Source: Candidatus Limnocylindrales bacterium (GTDB lineage: Bacteria; Chloroflexota; Limnocylindria; Limnocylindrales; CSP1-4). Taken from it: 43,380 nt of DNA. The notes beneath the pieces were generated by a model. It saw only the letters and a program-made list of their open reading frames with translations. It was not told the origin of the DNA and searched no databases. Below, one piece after another: positions 29,703 through 35,119 of the stretch (its first letter is position 1; the number at the start of each line of letters is the position of its first letter). The DNA lies in NCBI GenBank assembly GCA_036508975.1, contig DATCGK010000359.1, positions 1 through 43,380 on the forward strand. The letters are read 5' to 3'. Position numbers and translations under genes: made by a program.

Positions 29703-30745
29703 CGGAGACACGCACCACGACCGAGGCTCCCGCCGCGACGCCGGCCTGGCTGGACGAGGTCCCGGTCCGCCGCCTCCTCGAGGACGGGCTCGAGACCCGC
29801 TTCCCGCTCCCGCCGGGGGACCGGCCGCTGGTCGAGCCGGGGGCCGCCGTGCTGCCGGGCGACCCGCTGCTGGAGCACATCCGCGACCGCCGGATCCACG
29901 ACGTGGAGGTACACGCGGGCGATGCCGGGCGGCCGATGCCCGGCAGTCGCTGGGCTCCGGCGCCGGGCCGGCGGCGCCGGGACCGCGAGCTGGAGGGGGA
30001 GCTCCTGGCGCCCGTGCCCGGCAAGAACGACCGCTGGCGCCTGGTCACGGGCGATCATCGCGTGGTCCTGCCGTCACCGGTGGCCGGCCTGGTGACCGAG
30101 GTCAGGCCCGGGGCGGAGATCTGCGTGCGTCCGCACGGTCGGGCGCTGCGCGCGGCGTTCGCGGCCGGGTCTGCGGCCCGCGGCCGGCTCGAGCTGGCCA
30201 CGGATCCGTTCGGGGAGCTGCGCCCCGGCGGGATCGACGTCGGGAGGGCGGGCAGCATCCTGGCCGTGGGTTCACGGATCGATGCGGAGGCCCTGACGCG
30301 TGCCCGCGCGATGGGCGTCCGGGGGATCGTCGTTGCGACGCTACCCGGCAAGGAGTTGCGCGACTTCCAGGCCTCCGAGCGTCGCCAGCGTGCCGCACTC
30401 CACGCGATCCCGCCATTCGGGGTCCTGGTGCTCGAGGGTGCCATCCGGCGTCCGATCCCGGGTCCGGTCACGGCCCTCCTCGAGCGGTTTGCAGGGCAGG
30501 AGGTGGCGCTGCTGGTGGACCCGCCCGCGCTGGTCTTCGAGGGCGAGGATCCCGCGTCGGTGGAGATCGACCGGGCCTGGGTCCGGATCCGGAGCGGTCC
30601 CAACGCGGGCGCCGAGGGCCGCCTCCTCGGGCCGGCCGGGCTCCGGCGGTTCGCGGCAGGCGTCCAGCTCGAGGCCGCGTTCGTGGAGCTCGAGGGCGAG
30701 CCCCCGCTGGCCGTCCCGCTGGGCGATCTCGAGCGGTACGCCTGA
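29699..30745 (+). CDS. Hypothetical protein with a barrel-sandwich-hybrid-like segment and a KOW-like C-terminus
   Basis: ATG at 29699 overlaps the upstream TGA (ATGA). 348 aa with VEPGAAVLPGDPLLEH and VLPSPVAGLVTEV (lipoyl/hybrid-barrel-like), and C-terminal VRIRSGPNAGAEGRLLG...VELEGE. No family recognised with certainty. Confidence 0.6.
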   Translation: MTETRTTTEAPAATPAWLDEVPVRRLLEDGLETRFPLPPGDRPLVEPGAAVLPGDPLLEHIRDRRIHDVEVHAGDAGRPMPGSRWAPAPGRRRRDRELEGELLAPVPGKNDRWRLVTGDHRVVLPSPVAGLVTEVRPGAEICVRPHGRALRAAFAAGSAARGRLELATDPFGELRPGGIDVGRAGSILAVGSRIDAEALTRARAMGVRGIVVATLPGKELRDFQASERRQRAALHAIPPFGVLVLEGAIRRPIPGPVTALLERFAGQEVALLVDPPALVFEGEDPASVEIDRAWVRIRSGPNAGAEGRLLGPAGLRRFAAGVQLEAAFVELEGEPPLAVPLGDLERYA

Positions 30746-30818
30746 TACCAGGAGGGGTGCCGGGCCGCCGTCGGGACGTGCCCGATGCTGGGGTCAGGAC
30801 TGCTGCAGTTCCTGCCAG

Positions 30819-30837
30819 GTACCAGCGGCGCTGGTAC
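30819..30837. repeat. Perfect 19-nt palindrome GTACCAGCG-G-CGCTGGTAC (site 1 of YACCAG-N5-CTGGTA)
   Basis: Read directly from the sequence, 74 nt after the stop at 30745. It could be an operator or, as RNA, an 8-bp/3-nt-loop hairpin (a terminator without a U-tract). Confidence 0.85.
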
Positions 30838-30955
30838 TCGGCGAGGTTCGGACAGCCCCCGGCGGGTTCGTGTCGCCCGTCGTCCACGGGTTGAGCATGG
30901 GGAGCGGGCGTCCGGGCGCCGGACCCGGCCGGATCGGCGCCGGAGTCCCGACGAG

Positions 30956-30972
30956 TACCAGCGTCACTGGTA
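30956..30972. repeat. Palindrome TACCAG-cgtca-CTGGTA (site 2)
   Basis: The 6-nt half-sites are perfect reverse complements and identical to those of site 1. Confidence 0.85.
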
Positions 30973-31005
30973 GGTGTCAGGGGATTCGGCCGCAGGGCCA
31001 GTGTG

Positions 31006-31022
31006 CACCAGTCGCCCTGGTA
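31006..31022. repeat. Palindrome CACCAG-tcgcc-CTGGTA (site 3, 5/6 half-site match)
   Basis: Same spacing and half-sites as sites 1 and 2; it abuts the 39-bp tandem duplication. Confidence 0.75.
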
Positions 31023-31023
31023 C

Positions 31024-31101
31024 GTGGCAGGACCTGGGTGCCCGGCGGCCCAGCGGTGGCATGAGGCAGGACCTGGGTGCCCGGCGGCCCAGCGGTGGCA
31101 T
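31024..31101 (+). repeat. 39-bp tandem duplication (2 copies, 38/39 identical), intergenic upstream of tsaE
   Basis: g[t/a]ggcaggacctgggtgcccggcggcccagcggtggcat occurs at 31024-31062 and 31063-31101. Confidence 0.92.
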
Positions 31102-31183
31102 CTCGCGACTCCGCCGCCCCCGAATGCCCCGAGGCGCCGGGGCTGGACGGGCTGGAGCAGCCGCGTGGGTCCGCGGCTTCGGC

Positions 31184-31189
31184 TACCCT
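31184..31189 (+). promoter_or_regulatory. Weak candidate -10 (TACCCT) for a leaderless tsaE transcript
   Basis: TAnnnT hexamer ending 7 nt before the tsaE ATG; no SD and no clear -35. Confidence 0.2.
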
Positions 31190-31196
31190 CGGATCG

Positions 31197-31670
31197 ATGT
31201 CCACGTCCCTGCGCAGCGAGCGCGTTGTCGTCACGCACGAGCCGGCCGGCACCCGCGCCCTGGCCGAGCGGCTGGCCGCGGTCGCCCGGCCCGGTGACCT
31301 GCTGTGTCTCGTCGGCGACCTCGGCGCGGGCAAGACGCAGTTCGCGAAGGGCTTCGCTGTCGGCCTCGGGATCACCGACACCGTCAGCTCACCGACGTTC
31401 GTGCTGATGGCCGAATACGAGGGCCGGCTCCCGCTGTTCCACCTGGACCTCTACCGTCTGGACGATGCCGAGGACGCGATGGCCGGCGGCCTCCTCGATG
31501 AACGGCAGGCCGAGGGCGTGACCCTCGTGGAGTGGGGAGAGCGACTGGGCCCGGCCCTGCCCGCGGCTCGCCTGGACGTCGTGATCGACGGCACCGGCGA
31601 CGAGCCCCGGCGCATCGAGCTGCGATCCGAGGACCCGGCCTACCTCCGCTACCTGGAGGCTGTCGCGTGA
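31197..31670 (+). CDS. tsaE: tRNA t6A37 biosynthesis ATPase TsaE
   Basis: ATG at 31197 in ORF 31077-31670; GDLGAGKTQFAKG P-loop, SPTFVLMAEY, HLDLYRL. Confidence 0.92.
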   Translation: MSTSLRSERVVVTHEPAGTRALAERLAAVARPGDLLCLVGDLGAGKTQFAKGFAVGLGITDTVSSPTFVLMAEYEGRLPLFHLDLYRLDDAEDAMAGGLLDERQAEGVTLVEWGERLGPALPAARLDVVIDGTGDEPRRIELRSEDPAYLRYLEAVA

Positions 31671-32395
31671 CCGGCAGCGGCCTGGCCGGGTCCGGCCGGA
31701 TCCTCGTGATCGACACCGCGACGACGCGGGCGGTGATCGCCCTGGGCGGACCTGACGGGACGCTCGTCGAGGAGCGCGGTTGGGTGGCCGGCTACCGCCA
31801 CGGCGAGGAGCTGCTGGGCCGGATCGAAACGCTGCTGGCGGACATGGGCCAGGCGCCGGCGGCGCTGGGCGGGATCGTGGTGGGGACGGGCCCCGGCGCC
31901 TTCACCGGCCTCCGGGTGGGGATCGCCACGGCGAAGGGCCTGGCCCATGCGCTCCGCCTGCCGATCGCCGGCGTTCCGACCGGGGGAGCGCTCCTGGAGG
32001 CCGCCGCGGCGGCCGTGGCGGCGGGGGGCATCGCGCTGGACCGCGTCGCCTTCGTGCTGCTGCAGCCGGCGGGCATGTCCGATCGCGTCCTGAGCCGGCC
32101 GGGGGTGGCGCCGCTCATCCTGCCCGGCGGCATGCATCCGGAGCTCGGTCCCGACGAGCGCCTGGTGGCCGTGGACCTGGACGGGCGCGCCCCCGTGGAG
32201 GCGTCCGCGCTCGGCGCGCAAGCCCACGACGGCCTGGCGGCGGCCCTGCTGGCGGCGGGCGCCGCGCGGTTTGCCGCGGGGGATCCCGACGACCTGGCGC
32301 AGCTAGTGCCGGAGTACGTGACGCTGCCGCGCGGCGTGCGGACGGCCCTTCCCGACAGCGCCGTGGACGTCACCGGCGGAGGGGGTCGGCCGTGA
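31667..32395 (+). CDS. tsaB: tRNA t6A37 biosynthesis protein TsaB
   Basis: GTG at 31667 (GTGA overlap with tsaE); ILVIDTATTRAVIAL, GTGPGAFTGLRVGIATAKGLA. Confidence 0.9.
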   Translation: MTGSGLAGSGRILVIDTATTRAVIALGGPDGTLVEERGWVAGYRHGEELLGRIETLLADMGQAPAALGGIVVGTGPGAFTGLRVGIATAKGLAHALRLPIAGVPTGGALLEAAAAAVAAGGIALDRVAFVLLQPAGMSDRVLSRPGVAPLILPGGMHPELGPDERLVAVDLDGRAPVEASALGAQAHDGLAAALLAAGAARFAAGDPDDLAQLVPEYVTLPRGVRTALPDSAVDVTGGGGRP

Positions 32396-33051
32396 CCGGC
32401 ACGCCCGGCATGCCCGGCACGCCCGGCAATCCCGGCACGACCAGCAATCCCGGCACGCCCGTCCTGCGTGTTCGGCCGATGACGGCGGCAGACCTGCCGG
32501 CCGTCCACCTGATCGAGCGTGCGTCGTTCACCACCCCCTGGCCGCCGCAGGCCTACCGCCAGGAGCTGGAGTCGAACCGCCTGTCCCACTACCTGGTGGC
32601 GCTGATCGGCGACCAGATCGTGGGCTACGGCGGGATCTGGCTGATGGTGGACGAGGCGCACGTGACCACATTCGCGGTTCACCCGGCATACCGGCGCCGC
32701 CGGATCGGCGAGCGGATGCTCATCGCGCTGCTGGACCTCGCCCTGGACCGCCAGGCTCGCGAGGCGACCCTCGAGGTCCGGCTCTCCAACCTTGCCGCTC
32801 GTCGCCTCTACGAGAAGTACGGCTTCCGGCCTGTGGGCATCCGGCCCCGCTACTACAGCGACAACCAGGAAGATGCCCTGATCATGACGACCGAGCCGCT
32901 GACAACCCCGGCGATGTGCGAGCGGATCGCCCGCCTGCGCGCGGCCGTGGACGCCGCTCCGGCCCCATCCCCGGAGCCCGACGAGAGGCCGGAGACGAGG
33001 CTGGACGGTGAGTCGCCCGCCGTCGCGGCACGCCCGCGAGGACCCGCATGA
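32392..33051 (+). CDS. rimI: Ribosomal-protein-alanine N-acetyltransferase RimI (GNAT)
   Basis: GTG at 32392 (GTGA overlap with tsaB); GNAT core HVTTFAVHPAYRRRRIGERMLIALLD...YEKYGF. ATG at 32479 is an alternative start downstream of the repeat. Confidence 0.88.
   Translation: MTGTPGMPGTPGNPGTTSNPGTPVLRVRPMTAADLPAVHLIERASFTTPWPPQAYRQELESNRLSHYLVALIGDQIVGYGGIWLMVDEAHVTTFAVHPAYRRRRIGERMLIALLDLALDRQAREATLEVRLSNLAARRLYEKYGFRPVGIRPRYYSDNQEDALIMTTEPLTTPAMCERIARLRAAVDAAPAPSPEPDERPETRLDGESPAVAARPRGPA
32398..32460 (+). repeat. 18-bp in-frame tandem repeat x3.5 at the 5' end of rimI (GTPGMP/GTPGNP/GTTSNP/GTP)
   Basis: ggcacgcccggcatgccc, ggcacgcccggcaatccc, ggcacgaccagcaatccc, ggcacgccc. Confidence 0.9.
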
Positions 33052-33107
33052 GCGGCCTGGTACGTACCGCCGTCGCGGCACGCCCGCGAGGACCCGCATG
33101 AGCGGCC
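33017..33107 (+). repeat. 41-bp perfect direct repeat separated by 9 bp (50-bp period), spanning the rimI stop and tsaD start
   Basis: ccgccgtcgcggcacgcccgcgaggacccgcatgagcggcc occurs at 33017-33057 and 33067-33107, with spacer tggtacgta. Confidence 0.95.
33048..33101 (+). other. Bridging mini-ORF (17 codons, MSGLVRTAVAARPRGPA*) between rimI and tsaD
   Basis: Its ATG overlaps the rimI TGA (33049-33051). Its TGA (33099-33101) overlaps the tsaD ATG (33098). Translation is not demonstrated. Confidence 0.35.
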
Positions 33108-34183
33108 CGCTCCTGCTCGCCGTCGAATCCAGCTGCGACGAGACCGCGATCGCGCTGGTCGAGGATGGGCGCCGGATCCACGCCAACGTGGTCGCGAGCC
33201 AAGTGGCGCTCCATGCCCCGACCGGCGGCATCGTGCCGGAGGTCGCCGCCCGGGCGCACCTGCGCTGGATCGTGCCGGTGCTCGACGAGGCGCTCGCCAC
33301 CGCCGGCGTGACCGTGCGGGACGTCGATGCGGTGGCAGTGACGTACGGACCGGGCCTGGCGGGCTCGCTGCTGGTGGGCATCAGCTTTGCCAAGACCATC
33401 GCCTGGGCGCACGGCAAGCCGCTCGTGCCCGTCAACCACCTGGAGGGCCACGCGTACGCGGGCTGGCTGCTCGACCCGGGCGAGGCGGAGCGCGACCTGC
33501 CGCCGTTCCCGCTGGTGGCGCTGGTCGTCTCGGGCGGCCACACGTTCCTGGTGGAGATGCGGGACCACCTCGACTACCGGTATCTCGGCGGCACGATCGA
33601 CGATGCCGCCGGCGAGGCGTTCGACAAGGTCGGGCGCCTGCTGGGCCTGGGCTACCCGGGCGGGCCGGCGATCTCGCGGGCGGCCGAGGCCGCCGTGGCG
33701 AAGGATCGGGTCTTCCCCCGGGCCTGGCTGCGCGACACCTACGACGTCAGCTTCTCCGGGCTCAAGACGGCGGCCCGGCGGATCATCGGGGTGGCCCGCG
33801 CCGAAGCTGGCCTGCCTGCCGACGAGCGCGAGGGGCCGCTGCCCGATGCCGTGATCGCCGAGCTCGCCTGGGGGTTCCAGGACTCGGTGACGGACGTGCT
33901 GGCCGCGAAGACGATCCGGGCGGCAGAAGAGGTGGGGGCGCACGGGATCGTGATGGGTGGGGGGGTTGCGGCCAACGCCGCACTCCGGGCCCGCATCAGC
34001 GGCGAGGCCGCGGCGCGCGGCATCGTGATGGTCATCCCGCGGCCGGGGCTGTGCACGGACAACGGTGCGATGATCGGCGCCGCCGGGGCCAGACGGTACG
34101 CGGCGGGCGTCCGGGCCGGCCTGGACCTCGACGCGCGGCCCTCGCTGCCGCTCGCGCGGCCCTCGCTGCGGGTCGCCCGATGA
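33098..34183 (+). CDS. tsaD: tRNA N6-adenosine threonylcarbamoyltransferase TsaD
   Basis: ATG at 33098 in ORF 33008-34183; MSGPLLLAVESSCDETAIALV, HLEGH, GGGVAAN motifs. Confidence 0.93.
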   Translation: MSGPLLLAVESSCDETAIALVEDGRRIHANVVASQVALHAPTGGIVPEVAARAHLRWIVPVLDEALATAGVTVRDVDAVAVTYGPGLAGSLLVGISFAKTIAWAHGKPLVPVNHLEGHAYAGWLLDPGEAERDLPPFPLVALVVSGGHTFLVEMRDHLDYRYLGGTIDDAAGEAFDKVGRLLGLGYPGGPAISRAAEAAVAKDRVFPRAWLRDTYDVSFSGLKTAARRIIGVARAEAGLPADEREGPLPDAVIAELAWGFQDSVTDVLAAKTIRAAEEVGAHGIVMGGGVAANAALRARISGEAAARGIVMVIPRPGLCTDNGAMIGAAGARRYAAGVRAGLDLDARPSLPLARPSLRVAR

Positions 34184-34237
34184 GCGATGAGCTGGGAGCG
34201 TCGATGAGCGGCGAGCGACGATGAGCGGCGAGCGACG
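34179..34237 (+). repeat. Nested short tandem duplications at the tsaD/rsmA junction (gatgagc x2; atgagcggcgagcgacg x2)
   Basis: A 7-bp unit at 34179-34185 and 34186-34192; a perfect 17-bp unit at 34204-34220 and 34221-34237. ATGAGC occurs four times within 47 bp. Confidence 0.93.
34180..34224 (+). other. Bridging mini-ORF (14 codons, MSDELGASMSGERR*) between tsaD and rsmA
   Basis: Its ATG overlaps the tsaD TGA (34181-34183). Its TGA (34222-34224) overlaps the rsmA ATG (34221). Confidence 0.35.
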
Positions 34238-35102
34238 CGCGGCCGATCTCCGGCTCGACCCGCTGTTCGTCCAGCGAACCCTGAAACAGGCCGGCCTGCG
34301 CGCCCGCCACAATCTCTCGCAGAACTTCCTCGCGGACGTGGACGTGCTCGAGGGGATCCTGCGCGAGGCGGACCCTGGTCCTGCGCGAGGCGTCCTCGAG
34401 ATCGGGCCCGGCCTCGGGTTCCTCACCGGGGGGCTCCTGGCGGCCGGGGCGCACGTGACGGCCGTGGAACTGGACCGCGGGCTGGCCTCGGTGCTGCGGG
34501 AGCGCTTCGCGGCGGAGGCCGAGGCCGGCGTCTTCCACCTGGTCGAGGACGACGCCCTGGACCAGGACCTCGTCAACCTCGTGCCGCCCCCATACGACGT
34601 GGTGGCCAACCTGCCGTACCACATCACCAGCCCCATCCTGCACCGGCTGCTGGGCAACGCGCCCCGCGCGGAGCGCCTGGTGCTGATGGTCCAGCGCGAG
34701 GTCGCGGAACGGATCGCGGCACCGCCCGGTGGCATGTCGTACCTCTCGGTCTTCGTCCAGTACCACGCCCGCGCCCGGGTGGCGTTCCGCGTGCCCCGCG
34801 ACGCGTTCGAGCCGGCGCCCAAGGTGGAGTCCGCGGTGATGGTCCTGGAGCCGTACCCGCTCGACGACCGGCTGGATGCCAAGGCCGAGGACCACCTCTG
34901 GCGTATCGTCCAGGCCGGGTTCCGCGAGCGGCGCAAGATGATCCACAACGTCCTGGTGCGGCAGCTGCCGATCCCGGGGGAGCGCGTGCTCGCCGCCCTC
35001 GCGGCCTGCGGGATTGACGGGGAGCGCCGGCCGCAGACCCTGGCGGTGGGGGAGTGGCTGGCGCTCGCCGAGGCCATCGGCCCCATCCCCGAAGCGCGGT
35101 GA
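34221..35102 (+). CDS. rsmA: 16S rRNA (adenine1518/1519-N6)-dimethyltransferase
   Basis: 293 aa, LSQNFLAD, VLEIGPGLGFLT (SAM motif), VVANLPYHITSPIL. Confidence 0.94.
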   Translation: MSGERRAADLRLDPLFVQRTLKQAGLRARHNLSQNFLADVDVLEGILREADPGPARGVLEIGPGLGFLTGGLLAAGAHVTAVELDRGLASVLRERFAAEAEAGVFHLVEDDALDQDLVNLVPPPYDVVANLPYHITSPILHRLLGNAPRAERLVLMVQREVAERIAAPPGGMSYLSVFVQYHARARVAFRVPRDAFEPAPKVESAVMVLEPYPLDDRLDAKAEDHLWRIVQAGFRERRKMIHNVLVRQLPIPGERVLAALAACGIDGERRPQTLAVGEWLALAEAIGPIPEAR

Positions 35103-35119
35103 CCGACCGGTGACCGACC
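35098..35119 (+). repeat. 11-bp perfect tandem duplication (ggtgaccgacc x2) at the rsmA/ispE junction
   Basis: Copies at 35098-35108 and 35109-35119, each containing GTGA. Confidence 0.95.
35099..35113 (+). other. Bridging mini-ORF (4 codons, VTDR*) between rsmA and ispE
   Basis: Its GTG overlaps the rsmA TGA (35100-35102). Its TGA (35111-35113) overlaps the ispE GTG (35110). Confidence 0.25.

Noticed and set aside
30819-31022. A repeated YQRRWY / YQRHW / HQSPWY peptide motif suggesting a small repeat protein.
   Set aside because: The three occurrences are in different reading frames, and the motif reads the same on both strands because the DNA is palindromic. No frame gives a continuous plausible ORF, so the signal is at the DNA/RNA level.
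30746-31196. SRP RNA, RNase P RNA, tmRNA or 6S RNA in the long intergenic region.
   Set aside because: I could not find any of the conserved cores by eye: the GGAAAGUCC-type P4 of RNase P, the GNAR tetraloop helix 8 of SRP RNA, or the tmRNA tag ORF and acceptor end. This is a visual check only, not a covariance-model scan.
31024-33107. Direct repeats (39-bp x2; 41-bp x2) considered as a CRISPR array or as mobile-element ends.
   Set aside because: Each has only two copies, with 2-bp or 9-bp spacers. There are no cas genes and no transposase or integrase anywhere in the window. One repeat lies within coding sequence.
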